A stretch of DNA of 59,157 nt, filler included, from Sphacelaria rigidula (GCA_964200075.2; 5 parts of 5 records of this genome joined end to end with filler, not necessarily neighbours in it); one strand, 5' to 3'; counted from the whole stretch's first letter, positions 24,456 through 37,760 are shown. Notes: generated by a model from the sequence alone, not told the origin. Numbers and translations: made by a program.

Positions 24456-26958
24456 GAAAAAACAGCTTGAGATTGTGCAGACGAACATGTTAGGGACGAT
24501 GGGCGTGAACCAGTGTATACGGGGATCATACCAGTATGATCCGCCAAATTCCTTGTCTAGACGGTGTGCACACAATCAGAATCATGATTACTGTACTGTG
24601 ATGCTGTGGCGCATTTTTTCGTAAAATTCCTTGAGAAATGCAAGAGTGTCAAAACACTGTTCTGAAAGGGCTACAGCATAGTACTGTTTATAATATCACC
24701 ATTACCATATAACAGCAGCGTTACTCGACGAGGGTAGAAACGTCGGCGCGCTGAAATGGTTCTACGATACTCGAGTTGGACGCCGTGCAGGGACGTGCTA
24801 AGGCGGTAAGCCCGCTGGGTATAGCTGTCTGCAACGGTGGTGCTGTCGAACCGGTGGTTGCTACCGCACATGCTGTTGCTGTCGTTGCAGCCCGTGCAAA
24901 ACAGTTGCCAGCGTATGATTAGCGGGGCAGGCGGACGTTGAAGAATGATGAAGGCCGTAGGTGGTGGGCGACGGTGTTGTTGTTGTTGTTGCTGTTGCTG
25001 TTGGCGTTCCTGCCTAAACAAGGTAGGCGGATCAACCACGAAGCTAACACGAAAAAGCGAACCTTTCCCGGTGATACCGAAGAAAGGGCAACACGCTATA
25101 GCACTTTTCTAACTCTTTGTTCGGGCGACATGCCGCTTCTTCGAGCAATATTTCCGGTTAACCTTCATCGTCGGCAACCTAAACAATTGCGCTCTCTCTG
25201 CGAGCACCACTTTCAACGTGAATACCCGCGGTCTAACCCCTGACTCATCTATTAATAGTATTTGTTCTGAGGCCACGTCTACACGGAATAATAATTTGAA
25301 AATGAGATTCCGAGAACGACACAGATTATGCCTAATTTTTTGTTCGATATAGACGAGGCTGCGTCTTATCAGCGCAGAAAAAACCTAAAACCTATTTGCT
25401 CAGAATTTGTTCACCTGTGATTGGTCGGTGCAATATCACCTCCCAGGAAGACGGGAAAGTAATGTTTGCTCTAACAGATTGAAGAAATTCCTAAACGCAT
25501 TCTCGTCAAACGATGACTGCTGTGTAGATGAGCGAAAGCTAGCGATGGAGCCAATGCGCGTGGGCGATGGGTGTCTGTGCGTGTTTTACCCGTTTTTCCG
25601 GGGTTCAGTATGCAGGTGATATGCTTCCCTGTCGCTTCTTTTCCTGTGCCAGCACAGAGTTTTGATCGGCGGCTACCGTCAGAACCGCCGCCTCGTTGAG
25701 CCTGCGTGAAGATCTGACTTGAACTTAGATAGAAACATGTGTTTCACGGTTTTAAAAAGTCATCTGCGCATCTGCGCCAGCACAGATTCTTGGTCTAAAT
25801 CGCGCGCAACGATGTTATTTGGAGATGTTTCCTGGACGGGCTATGTGCGGCTTGCGCTGGCATCTCCCAAAACAAATTTCGGGGGCTGTTTTTTGCGGAT
25901 CCTGAATGGAAATCCTATTTTCTTTGCCCCCGGCGGCGCCTCTGCGGGCGGCACCCTCCGGGGGTCCCTCCAGTCGCAGATCGCCTCCGGCTCTCGTCTG
26001 ACGGAACCTCCCAGCAGACTATTTCAACTCTTTCTCCATTCATGGAGACTAAAGGTCAATGATCAAGTGTTCAGTGTCGGTATTGTGGGCATGTGTATCA
26101 AGCGGACTTTGCGAACATCTTGTACCTGTCTCGATAAGACACTGTACGCTATGTCAGGCACAGTGTACAGTCAGTGGCACGGTATGATGAGGCAAGGAGA
26201 CTTACATTTTTTGTGTCGTTTTTATGACAGCAAAAGTTCTCCCTCGCCATGGCGTGTCGGCCCGTACACGGCCATCATGTGGACACAACTATACCTCGAT
26301 CACAACAGTAGTAGCATTGTGTACCGCCAGAATCTGCAGGAGCGCGTGCCTTACACCCCAGACACCTTACCGCAGAACGGTTTTCGACGCCAATCGACCG
26401 AAACGAGCGCACCGCGCAGAGTGCATGCCCACGTCCACACGCAACGGCATCGACAGCAAATACTACTCAACAAGCCCCCTGCGAGCAAACACGCGCAGGT
26501 TACTGTGAGTGAGAGGCAGCCCCGGCTGCTCCTAGTCCTTCGATGTCCAACTTCAACCTTCTATCCAAGCAACATGCGAACAAGAAACTCACCTTGGAAC
26601 ACAGATAATCAAAATACAGGAAAGGACACCGTGCATTGCTCGCGGCCAAAAACGACGGGCTATTCTGGCCGATATTCCGATACAATGATTACATCTCCCG
26701 AGATATTTCCGACGGCCCTCACATGGCAATTGTGATCACGCGCCACCCTGCTACTAGTACAGTCACCCTCGAGACGTTGTGGTCGAGCCACGACACACCC
26801 CAAGGCAACCAAAAACAGACCAACGTTACGCCGCACACAACTTGCACACACTGGCCAACTTCAACTGCGGATACTTTCATGGGGTGGCTTTTTGTTTGAT
26901 GTTTTGTTGGTTATCCTGCGGTCACTTGATTTGAAGTCAACCCCTTCTACTCTCTCAC

Positions 26959-27108
26959 CTTCTTGGCCAGGTCGTAGGCGGGCTTGACGAAGGATCGCTG
27001 CTTCTGCTTTTGAAGAACGATGGGGGTTACCGCTGCATAGTTCTTACCGCGAGTTCCTGCCCCGCGGGTCGCGGCCTTGAGGGCGGATGAAGCACCGCTG
27101 CGGTTCAT
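26959..27108 (-). CDS. First exon of a gene with a mitochondrial-presequence-like N-terminus (possibly a FadE-like acyl-CoA dehydrogenase)
   Basis: ACACAATG start, 50 open codons (MNRSGASSALKAATRG...QRSFVKPAYDLAKK) and an AAG|GTGAGA donor. The peptide is rich in R/K/S/A with almost no acidic residues. The product guess rests only on weak recalled resemblance of the last 12 aa; no second exon was found. Confidence 0.5.
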
Positions 27109-27642
27109 TGTGTTTTTCTTTGGGTCGAGTGTAATATAAATCCGAACTTCACGAGTGATACTGTCTGTTACAGCTCAACAACAAGCCAGTCGCCTGGATC
27201 TGGTTCTCGATGATGTGATACTCGGGATTGATGGGAGATATTGATAGTCTCAGAATGTATATAGCTGCTGCTTCAGCTGTGGTCTTGTTCGTCGTTGTCG
27301 GCAGTGTTTAAACTGTTTCGGAGGGGTATGATGACACATGGTTTCACCTTTCCATGTTTTTCCATGAGAATATATTATCCCAATATATGATCAGACCCGT
27401 AACGACGGATTCTCCCTGCACGTGAAACAAATCATGACCAGTGCTTGACTGATCAGATCTGCGACAACAAAAATCCCCTACCCGTGAAACGGATCATGAC
27501 ACGTGTACTCTGGAAACGACAGAGCCGCAAGACAGAACAACCTGTAGCTTGAATAATCTTTGTGTGCGCTGACTGTACTAAAGCCTACACCCGAGGCAAA
27601 CGTGGTGACTTCTCGCTAGAACTTCCCTACCATTATCTGAAG

Positions 27643-27857
27643 ATGGCGTCGTCTTTTGGAAATGCTGTATTGAAGAACCACCGCACCACCGCCACGATGT
27701 TCGCGGTTATCACTGCCTCTGCCCTGGGCTCGGTGGGAGCATATCGCTCCAGCTGGGTGGGCGGCGACAAGAGAACGGTAGCCGCCAACAGGGTACCTTC
27801 AGGAGGTTCAGTAAAGGCCTTTATAGGATCGAGTGGCAAGATTTTTGGGACGATAGG
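27643..27857 (+). CDS. Probable exon 1 of guanylate kinase (targeting-type N-terminal extension)
   Basis: AAGATGG start and GG|GTGAGT donor in phase 2, compatible with the phase-2 acceptor at 33560. The intervening 5.7 kb is TE-rich. The join is inferred. Confidence 0.6.
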
Positions 27858-28635
27858 GTGAGTATTTGCTTGGGCAGAGTCTGTATGTGGCTGGGTAGCG
27901 GTAGCTGGAAGCTGGAAGCTGGAAGCTCGCAGACGTTGTGCTGGGAATTGATTACGCCGCATATTCTCATGAATTTCTAACATTCGATTCGATGTGCATT
28001 TTCGAACTCGAGTTGTGTGGTGTCTCCCAAGCCGAACGGCACGAAGCTTTGTGTATGACACTATCTGTGATGCAGTGAGTGAACGATAACAGTAGATCGT
28101 GGTTGCAAACGATGCCATATCATCAGGGGTGCCCTCGAACATATTACTCAGAGCATTCTTGCAGCAGTACATCGCGGTATATGGCGCTTCTATGCTGTTC
28201 CGTCCTATTTTACAAATTCCAGTATCCCATGAGTATAAACATGTTGTTTCGCCACGGAGGTGGACTTCAGAGGTCAATGACACCACTCCGATGTGTCCGT
28301 CTTATTTTCGTCGTTGAGTGGTCACCCTGTTCCGATTTAAAAAGTTGCGGTAAAGGACTTTTGTGTCTCTCGGTGGGACCAAGCTTTGTACAGTTGCGGC
28401 CCGGAGATAGGAAACTTCAAATTGGGGTTTGAGGCTCCAAGTCTTATTTCGGGCGCAAACACCAGCATAAGTTGTGTTTTTTCTTATTTTGAGTTTCTTA
28501 TATTTCTGGCCGACCGGATCCTGTTGATTTTCTTGAATTGCCGTTTTCTTATATCCTCGATGTACTGCCTCCGCCACCTCCTCGCTGCACGCAAATTACC
28601 CAACGAAAAACACCCGCGCAGGTCTACAGTGTCGA

Positions 28636-29164
28636 CAGTAGTGGGCGGTCTAACTATTTAGGGGTGTTTTGGGGGTTTCCTCGCGTACTACTCTTCGATA
28701 GTAGTCGAAATTGCCAGCGTCGGTGAATTTTGGTACAACACAAGAGATCATCATCGAAACACAGTGCCCATCTCAGTGTATGTTGGTGTTATCGGGCGAA
28801 TCGAGTAAATACCCCGTTCATCAGGAGGGTGTTATTGACCGTGAAACACAGTTTTTCGGCCATAGTGTAATGAGTAGGCAGAATAAAAAAAAAATGAAAC
28901 TGTACATTTCTTTTAAAATACGATCAGGACGAGTTCGATCGACCGAAAATGTAGAAGAGTAAGAATCTGGGCTGAAACGTGTTAGGACCCGCGATGACCG
29001 GTCAGCCCGTACGTCACTCAATATTGGGTACATATGATTTTTTCTTCTTGGAGTGTGGAACGGATACAAATATATTTAGATCCCCGATGTGATAAGAGCC
29101 CAAGAAAATCGCCTATCACGGACACGAAATACCACAATATAAATAGTTAGACCGCCCACTAGTG
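28636..29164. mobile_element. Tc1/mariner-type MITE; inverted copy at 52286..52833
   Basis: TIR CAGTAGTGGGCGGTCTAACT at the left end, near-perfectly inverted at the right end, with TA at the right flank. The internal sequence is shared with the contig-5 copy. Confidence 0.85.
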
Positions 29165-30253
29165 TAGCATGAAATAGCCATGAATCAAGAACGAATGTCG
29201 CTCCCACAAAAAGTACAGTGTAGCAGGGGGGGGCGGGTGGGTGGTCTAGATGTAGAGGGTACGTTTATAAGTTGGGAAGGGGCTCCCCAGTCACCTAGTT
29301 TCTTAGTTCTTATCCCTATTTTAGGTATGTATCCGCGCTGTTTCTAATTTTCATGTTTCTCATCTTGTCGCCCAGTTTGAGGTGTGTTTCTTAGTCCATT
29401 TTTCTTATTTTCCTTGAAAGGCCCAGCCTCATTTTCTTGACTAAATTTTTCTTACCTGCGGGCCGCACTTGTAGTGTTGTTCCTTTTCAAGAATATGGAG
29501 GCGGTATGTTTGGATATTAGCCGCCCAAACACAGCACGCCTGGCGTCCGATGATGCTGAAACTCATCCTTTGTGCGGCTTGAAGCCGTAGGTACGTGTTG
29601 AGGCAGCAGTTTGGGTGACCCAGGACGTTTTGTGCGCTGCTTGGCTTGAAATGATGGTGATGCACGATCCTGCGATGATTCCAAAATTTCCACGGTTCGG
29701 AAGAATCATCGCCGGTTCGAATCACCAAATCCACGATTTTTCAGGCCTGATTGCTCATCAAAGAGAAAAAAGTTGACAGCTGGTCAAAAAAGGTCTTCAC
29801 ATATTTTTTGCGCTATTCCACGTGCCTGGGCTGCGCGTACCTGGGATGCAACGCTGAAAACAAAGCCTAACGATTGATTCGTACGTTACGAATCGATTGC
29901 ACTAAAATCAAGTAATATCCGGGCGAATCATTCATTCGTCCAACCCTTGAAAAATTTCATCACTTTTTAATGACAATTCTGGAGAAAGACGATATGAAAT
30001 CCTGCGCAGGGGCATGGGCAGATCTTGCCAGTGTTGGTGTTCACGTCGCCCCCCTGTCGGTCGGGGCTGGCACCAAGACGGTAAATAAAACTGTCTACTG
30101 TATCTATCTCGGTATTGCTAGACATGACAGCATGTCTTGGCACCTTTTTTTCGATCGCAAAAATAGGGCGGTAGAATCGGTTTGAGCGAAATTTTCTCGT
30201 TTTGATGCAGTTGGGTCCAGATGGATTTTCAAGCTCTCGATCGGGAAAAAACG

Positions 30254-30763
30254 GTGAAATTCGTGAAACGGTGTATGGTCACTCGTGTACAGTACGGTCT
30301 GTACTGTCTGCACTGCTTGCAAGCAGTGTCTTGAGTCCGTGTGTACGTGTTTCGTACAGCAGGGTATAAAAGAGAAGTGGGCAACGTGCAGTGCAGACAG
30401 CCCAGGACTATCAGTCCCCTCTGCTTACAATGCGACGTGAAAGGGACTTCAGCAACGTGCAGCTTTGTACTGCCTGCAGTGTCCATGAGCGGCACTCAAC
30501 TCGGCCCCACCGTACCACGCAGTTCCGTCGCTGATCCCTACGATGAGAGAAGATGCGCAAGTTCTCGCCAACAAAAAATAAACAAAGCACACCCAACTAC
30601 TGCAGTGTATCTATCCCTGGTCTCAACTCGGGCTGTATGCTGCAGGGTTGCTGTGGTGAAGTAAAATGAGTTGGATGGAGTTTGCATGGTCCTGTGAGCA
30701 GGTGTTATCTGTCGTAGTGGTCTGTAAGATAGCAGCCAAGTGCCGCTTCGTGCCTTTCGACCG
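30254..30763 (+). repeat. Interspersed repeat; inverted copy at about 53473..53992
   Basis: ATGGTCACTCGTGTACAGTAC, CTGCTTACAATGCGACGTGAA, CGCAGTTCCGTCGCTGATCCCTAC and AATGAGTTGGATGGAGTTTGCATGGTCCT are all mirrored in contig 5. Confidence 0.9.
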
Positions 30764-31039
30764 CGTAGTCTCAATCGAAAAGGATTATTTTTCGACTCGA
30801 ATATTTTTCTCCGCGCGTCGCTAATTATAATTTTGAGTTGAAGCCTTCTAGGAACACGAATGCGGCGTATCTATCAGATCGGCAAAAAAAATCGACCGCA
30901 CTTTTTTGATCGAAAAAAAGTACCAAGACACGCCCTGACTGTGTGTCGCGAATCCCTCGCACCGCGAGCGTCGCCTCGGAACAGTTTCACAGGCTGACAA
31001 TCTGGGTACATCCGGGGAGTTGACGGGGGGCAAAGCTGT

Positions 31040-31640
31040 ATGCAGAACAGCCGAAAGCTCAACAAGTAATCCGCTGAAAATTCTAAGTCCGGAACGAGGC
31101 CCGAGAAGAGCTGAGTGACCATTCGGACCAATCACGGCTATCAAAATATTCCTCTACAGCTGGACTTCAGATGGACTACTTCGTTGTCCAGCCATGTTTT
31201 TCATTTTTGTCGTGAGTTCAACCATAGATATCATGATCACATATAACGTGCTATTTACTCTTCTCGTGGTCTATGTCGTCTGCCTGACCCTTATTGTGTT
31301 GCCAGCGTAGGCTCACACTGTCTGTAGTGTTGTTGAACACTAAGCAGAGACATCAGAAGCATGCACTAGACTGTGTTCCGTGAAAGCGATGGCACGTTGA
31401 CTGTTTCTTGCCGTTGTATCCATCGGAGACGTATAGCACACATACGGACTATGCATGCAATTGACCACAGGGTCAAAACCGGTCAGGGGTTCTCCGGGAC
31501 TACTTGCTATATAGATGCCCAACATCCACATGTTCATGAAAACAGGCGCATTGTGTAGCAAAAGAAGAGCTGTTTGAAAACTCCAAACGTGGCAATAGTC
31601 CATCTCAGTCCACTTGTGGCGAGGTCGCTATCTAGGGATT
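31040..31640 (+). repeat. Second copy of the 23810..24455 repeat
   Basis: Same shared blocks as listed for 23810..24455. Confidence 0.85.
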
Positions 31641-33559
31641 GCGTCACCTGTATCGTATCGTGCAAATATCGCGTTCCCCTTGAAAGATAAGGGGTAGGTA
31701 TGAGAGTAGTGAAATGGACCAGGGCTCAAATCACAGTCTCGTGGAGGAGGACTTGATGAAGTCGCGTTTTTAGCGAGAAGCTATTATAGCATGCGTACGC
31801 GCAAAATATTGTGAAACGAAAACTGATTTTTTTTTTTCCAACGGTAGTTGAGAAAGAGGTCACTACACACCACCGTAGCAAGAGAAGAACTGTCAAGATC
31901 AACCAATAAACTACTCCATAGTAGTGTATATATAATATAGCCGCAGCATCTTTCTCCCCCTCCCATGCAGGGCGCATATCCACCAAATGATAAGGTAGCG
32001 CCCCGCCCCCTATTGCTTCGCCGAAGTACCGTCCGGCATGGAGTAAAAATTCTACAGTAAGCAATCACCAGATAGGAACATTTTCACCCTTCTGGAACCA
32101 TCCCCTCCGATCCCCGGGTCAGCCGCCTGATTATTCCCAGATGTGAAAAAAAAGAAAGTATGGACTCGACTAAGACTGACCGCAACCACGAATACGAAAG
32201 GTAAAAAAAAAAGTGTACAAGCACAATCAGGCGATCACAAAAAAATGTCACCCCTGTGTGGTCGGGTCAATTTGGTCCAATTTTTCCAAGCGCCAGGGGA
32301 TCTGCGCCCTACAGTTTTGTATCCATGTCGTGATATCGTCAGCCGCAATACAAAAGTCTCATGCCGCAAAAATATCGTCAGTGTGGACTCTTGGAGTTCC
32401 CTACTGAAGCATGTTACGTTTCCATACACAATTGACAGCAAGCAGGATCATGCAAAAATTGCAAAACCCCATGCTGTACCGCCTGTACCGTACGTGATAC
32501 TACTGTATGCACAGTGAATGGTAGCGAAGACCATCTAGGCACGCACCCCGCCCTCCGAGCTTGGAGCGTTCTCCAAGGACGCTCTGTCGTACAAGTTACG
32601 TCTGTTTTTAACTATGTAAAATGAGTCGAGAAGGGCTTTGTTTTACTGTTCTATCTCCACACTTGCAGCTGCTAGCAGTCAGTTTCGGTCTAGAACGGGC
32701 GCGTTCATTTCGTTCATCGAAAGAATAATTGCTGCGTGTACCGCGAGTCATGCGGAGTTTTGAAATCAATCTAAGCTTGCTGAAGGTAATCCTGGGTTTT
32801 GAGGAGCGAGAACATCATTGCGGTAATGAAAAAACCGCATATGTTCCACAGGCATGCACTTGCTGTTGATTGTGTGAAATCGACCCTAATTTGAGCTCTA
32901 TCAAGGCACGCTCTACCTATAGTACCCACCAAACCTTGCTCCAAGGGTTCTAGATTTGCCTGGGATTTGGGGTTAGGGTTGGGGTTGGGATTAGAGGACT
33001 AGGGGTACGAAGGGTTTAGCAGTTCCAAGGTGCCCGCTGTGCTCCGATGGTCTTGACTGATACACGAACAGCTAGTCAGGGCGAGAGGTTGGAGGTTCGA
33101 AAAAAGACAGACTTATACGACTTCTTGAGCAGGATGTATTCTGGAGGCCGTCCGTTGAAGTACTGAATGAAGCCGTGAGTTACAGAGGAAGTCTACCGAT
33201 TGCGAGAGAGCCGATCCAATCCTCGTTGAAAGCGCGAGGCACGCGAAGAGAACAAATGGATACAAATTGGGCGAAAGTCGAGAGAGGGTGCTGCGGTGCG
33301 GATCCAATCCTCGAGGAAAACAGGAATGCCTGAGCCAGGCGCGTGCATCGGGGGGGAGAGAGAGATGGGTTGATGATGTGATCCCGGTAGACCTTAGACT
33401 GGTTCCAAAGAATGGGGAGAAATGGGAAAAAAGAAACAATGAAAAGAACGGGGAAAAAACATACGTGTGTCGACCATGGATTAAATGTCGAAAAAAACAC
33501 GTAGATGTTGCCTTGACGCTTGACCATACCCCGTCCCTGAATCTTCTTACCTTTTACAG

Positions 33560-33692
33560 TACCACCAGCCCCGCTTCATGCAGTCCAGCTCCGGCCAAGA
33601 CGGCATCCGCCACGAAAGCGTCGAATGACGCTGGGTCGGGTACAAAGAACCTGCAGCCCCTCGTGGTCTGTGGTCCGTCTGGGGTGGGTAAG
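33560..33692 (+). CDS. GUK1: Guanylate kinase exon (P-loop)
   Basis: TTTTACAG acceptor and AAG|GTGAGC donor. Encodes ...LQPLVVCGPSGVGK. Confidence 0.92.
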
Positions 33693-34880
33693 GTGAGCGG
33701 ACGGGGTACGTAGCGGCGAACTTGCTTCTTGTTGAAGAATGTTACGTGAGCATACGCCCGTATTTCGTCATGATTCATTGGAGGGTTTTTGCGTTTATTT
33801 TCACACCTCACCGACACACGACGCCGAACTTCTGTTCGAATAAGACGTTTCCAAATTATATTTTGTGCATCGCTGTTGGGCTGTGTCAACCCCTTCCCCC
33901 CGTATATTAGTGTCTTCATTTTGTTCAGTACATGCCCTTACGCTTGAATTCCCTCCCAATGCGGGACCACGGGTAAGTACAAGGCTGGTTCGAATCAGAC
34001 TCTCGATACGGAGTGGGATTGGTAAAAGCCATCGTAGAGCTTTTATACAAGACCCCTCCGTATCAATCTTGCTTGCGAGTGTTGGATTAATGTTGGTTGA
34101 ATATATTTTTGGCCCCCCGAGGGTTCAGAAGAATCAGGCTACGATAGCAAGATGAGGATTGTAGACGGTTACCGATACAATTATCTGTACCCGCAGCGTC
34201 CGTCTCGACATGAGGGGGTACAAATCTTAAACTGTGGGACAGCAACATGTTTCTACATGTAGCACGCTCAACAGGCGTGTTCTCGGCCGCCGCCACCCCC
34301 CAGTAGTCTGATTGGTCTGATTGACACCAGAGAAGACGGAAGAGTGCCGATTCGAAGCCCGACAGATATGAGTCCAGGATTTTTCCGTGGAGAGTATCTG
34401 ATTCCCGTCGTTGGAGACGTGAGGACGTGGGTAGCGAAGAAGATTTTTGTGACCAAGAGATAGTCGACGCGTCCGCGGGAATCTTGGTCATGATCCAATC
34501 TGCGATGATACTAAAATGTATAGCGTATTGCTGGGGAAAGGTGGTTGGTCGCTTGGCACTACAGATGTATCCCGAGGAATGGGAGGGGTCGAAATGAAAG
34601 GATGACGAGAAAAAAGGGTACGAAATGGCGGAGAAGCAGCAGGAAGAAGTGTCGTGATGAGTCGTACATTACTGGTGGCAAGCCCGTAATGAGGATGTGG
34701 GTGGCAGGAAGCCTCCATATCGAAGTGTAGTACGGGGCCCGACAAACACCACGTAGAACCGCAAACCTCATGCTATCCAAGACCTGAAGAAAGAAAAAAA
34801 ACAGACTGGCTCCCAGACGAGCTTCCTGTAACTCGGTGCTATTCGTCTTGATCCTAATCTTCTTGTCGTTGGTTTCTTAG

Positions 34881-34963
34881 AGGTATCTCAAACTCGAGGT
34901 TCCCGGTACATTTGGCTGTAAATTACCGTGAAATATATGAGGAATTTCAAGTTTGAGATACCT
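34881..34963. mobile_element. About 83-bp MITE in a guanylate kinase intron
   Basis: AGGTATCTCAAACTCGA / TCAAGTTTGAGATACCT. Confidence 0.65.
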
Positions 34964-35055
34964 GTATTACCGACTGATGTATAGTATCCGCTGGAGACTC
35001 GGGGTACACACAACAGTCAACCCCCCCTCCCCCCTTCCTCCCTCCTGAAAAACAG

Positions 35056-35255
35056 GGGACTTTGATCAAGATGCTTCTAGAAGACTTTCCCGGGAGGTTC
35101 GGGTTTTCGGTGAGTCATACGACGCGGAAGCCGAGGCCGGGAGAGGTGCATGGCGCCCACTATCATTTCAGCGAGAAGGCGGCCATGCAGGCGGAAATTG
35201 ACAACGCAAAATTCATCGAGCACGCCAACGTGCATGGAAACCTGTATGGCACCAG
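35056..35255 (+). CDS. GUK1: Guanylate kinase exon (GMP-binding domain); gene truncated by contig end
   Basis: CAG acceptor and GTGGGT donor. Encodes [38 protein letters not shown]...[14 protein letters not shown], the canonical guanylate kinase signature. Confidence 0.95.
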
Positions 35256-35398
35256 GTGGGTGGTTTGAAAAAGAGGGACGGTGTGGTATTTTGTTTTGTT
35301 TTGTTTTCCGTGTGCATTTCATTTTGTGTAATCCACTGTTTTTGTTATTGATTGATTATCTCACATTAGTTGATTTCAACAATCCAACAAGTACCGGT

Positions 35399-35457
35399 CG
35401 CCCCGGTGGCTCAGTTGGTAACCTCGTAACCTTCTGATGGTTGAGTTGGGGGGTTCG
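35399..35457 (+). mobile_element. tRNA-derived SINE head cut by the contig end
   Basis: CCCCGGTGGCTCAGTTGGTAACCTCG...GGTTCG, sharing its start with the copy at 52937. Confidence 0.75.
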
Positions 35458-35557
35458 NNNNNNNNNNNNNNNNNNNNNNNNNNNNNNNNNNNNNNNNNNN
35501 NTTAATTAATTAANNNNNNNNNNNNNNNNNNNNNNNNNNNNNNNNNNNNNNNNNNNN
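35458..35557. other. Artificial contig linker
   Basis: N44-TTAATTAATTAA-N44. Confidence 0.99.
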
Positions 35558-36249
35558 CATTGTAGGGATGCGAGGTCAATGGTCTAATGACTATGGCATG
35601 CATGATCATGAGTACACCCCATAGCGGGTTTACGAGACACGTAGCCCTGACGCCCCAACATTGGAGAACACCCCAGAACAGTGCCCACATCCCTAGGCCC
35701 CACAAGACCACCCCAGAGAAAATTTCAGTGCTACGTTCAGGGGGTACAGCGAACACATACCAATTCGTTGCCGAAATTGGCCCGGATCTTACGAGTGGCG
35801 TTGTCACCTTAGACGAAGCGTCTTTTGCCACTAGAGTTGGACTTGAATATAGTGGATCTTGTGCAAGTCATCAACTTGTGACCCTGGTATTACCGGACTC
35901 GGGCTCCCCTCAGATCTTCCCCACCGCCAGTTGCTGGCAGGACATGCTCCGCACCGGCGCGGCCGATGACAAATGTCTGTCCCCTGTCCCCCCCACGCAC
36001 CTTCGATGGCTTCGGGCAGGTTCTACTCTGGAGTACCACCCGGGCCGTGCGATTGAGTGTTCAGTTTTTCAACGAGACGCATCCCATGGTACAACCTTCT
36101 GTTTCGGCCTTGATTGTTCCACACAATGCCATGGTATTCCATGTTCTGTTGGGCAGAGGGTAGCTGGTTGCGTTTGCTGACACATATGTTCGGACAGGAA
36201 GATGTATTTGTGAAGGACGCACGCCGGCAATGTTTCTGACATCTCCGCA

Positions 36250-36600
36250 TTGATCGAGTACCCAACCATTTGTTGGGTGTCCTTCGGCTCCCCTTCTACG
36301 TACACCTCTTCTGATACGTGCCCCCACACCAGTACCACGTCCCCAACTGAGGTAGAATATAACGCTGGTTGTAATGGACCCGTTTCAGCTGATACAATGA
36401 TTGTGGCCGCATCGGATGACGACGCGAAAACGGACATTCCTCAAATATTCGTTGGCTTGTTTCTAACCTGAGCAGCGAGCAAGGTTTTTGCGACTATGGA
36501 ATGATGTTTCAGCACACCTGTCGCATCACTCTCAATCTCGACGGTGCCTGTTGTACTGCAGCGGTCATCGACAAACTTGTAGATCTTCTGATTCGCTATA
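36250..36600 (-). pseudogene. Highly decayed Ty1/copia-like reverse transcriptase fragment
   Basis: KFVDDRC...ESDATG...AKTLLAAQ...VFASSSDAATI...LVWGHVSEEVYVE follows the motif order of copia RT (KARLVA.G...FAP...EEVYV) but is very degenerate. Confidence 0.4.
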
Positions 36601-37579
36601 CCTTGCGATTGTCCACCTCCCCTCTGGATTTGGGTCGATGCACGATGGCTCCGTTTAAGATCGACGTGCCATGAGGAACGCCCCTCATCGCCATACGCCC
36701 GTCTCGCACGAACCCGCTGCTGACTGATCAAGTACAAGTAGTCATAATTAGCTACCAAGCGGCGGAGTTCATTCGCGTACGCCTCCAAGACCCCAGGTTT
36801 GAGTATGAGTGGGCTGACATCGAGACTTCGGGTTTTGGCATGAGTGGGCTGACACCGAACAAAAACGTCCGGCTTGCGCATGAGTGGACTGACACCTTCT
36901 GCCCCAAAAGCGGCGCCCGGTGGCTTGCCCCCTCTATTCCTCCTCTTGGTGTCTGGGAATGCCAACACCAATGCAAATACCATAGTTGGATAAGGCCTTT
37001 TCCGTGTGACGGGCCCCCGCATAAATGTTGCCGCCGCACCGGAGCTCACCGCCCCCCCATTTATTTTCATTTTACAAGTACGCGATCTCATTTCTAGGAG
37101 AACGAGAGTAAACGAAAAGAAAAAAAACTTTTGTTTGTCGCCAAGATAAGGCGCGAGAATAGTTAGCCGAGCCTACCTGCCGCCCAGTAATACTTCACCT
37201 GCTCTGCAATTGCCCCCTTCCATTCCTCTCTGCGGATGTCCTCGAGCCAGTCGGACGGCGTCGGGCACCCATACAGGATCAAGTTGTTGAGCTGGCCGCA
37301 CAAGCAAGCAGCATATGGTGAGGACGGTATTGTACTTTCATTCCAGAAACCCACGCGGACACCTCAGTCAGACCGTCCTACCGGTAGATGAGTTCGACTA
37401 CCCGGTCGAGAACCTCCTTGCATGTACGTACCGATGCTGCTGCGATCATGGGTGCTGCACGAGTGTCATTCAACATTTCGACCGATATGGTAACAATTGG
37501 GACGACCTAGATCATCGAGCGATTTTACCGATGGGTAGGTATTGACCAAAGTGTCCGTTGGTGCGTACGTCGTTGTTTG

Positions 37580-37760
37580 ATTTGTCAGGCGCGCAAGACG
37601 TCTCCCCAGACTGTGCGTTGATCAGTCCTGTCCATGCCGCTCCCCGATGGGCCCGGTGAAGTTATATCTTGGGACTGTTTCGGACCGTCGCTGCTCATGG
37701 AGAGTAGTAGCAACAAGTGTGATGTGATAGGCACTGACGGGTACAACAAGTGTCCATCTC
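37580..37760 (+). pseudogene. Ty3/gypsy integrase fragment
   Basis: QARKTSPQTVR*SVLSMPLPDGPGEVISWDCFGP, paralogous to 44005-44105. Confidence 0.7.

Noticed and set aside
24671-25720. Candidate downstream exons for the 26959..27108 gene
   Set aside because: Possible AG/GT borders exist, but the translations show no recognisable protein similarity.
25719-26735. 338-aa + strand ORF
   Set aside because: TTG start, no recognisable motifs and random-looking composition. It probably lies in an intron of the minus-strand gene.
32960-33005. Telomere-like TTAGGG tract
   Set aside because: Short, degenerate and intronic; not a chromosome end.
36795-36897. ATGAGTGGGCTGACA x3 as a mini-CRISPR
   Set aside because: Only three copies with periods of 35 and 40, the spacers resemble each other, there are no cas genes and the context is eukaryotic. 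It is a degenerate tandem repeat.
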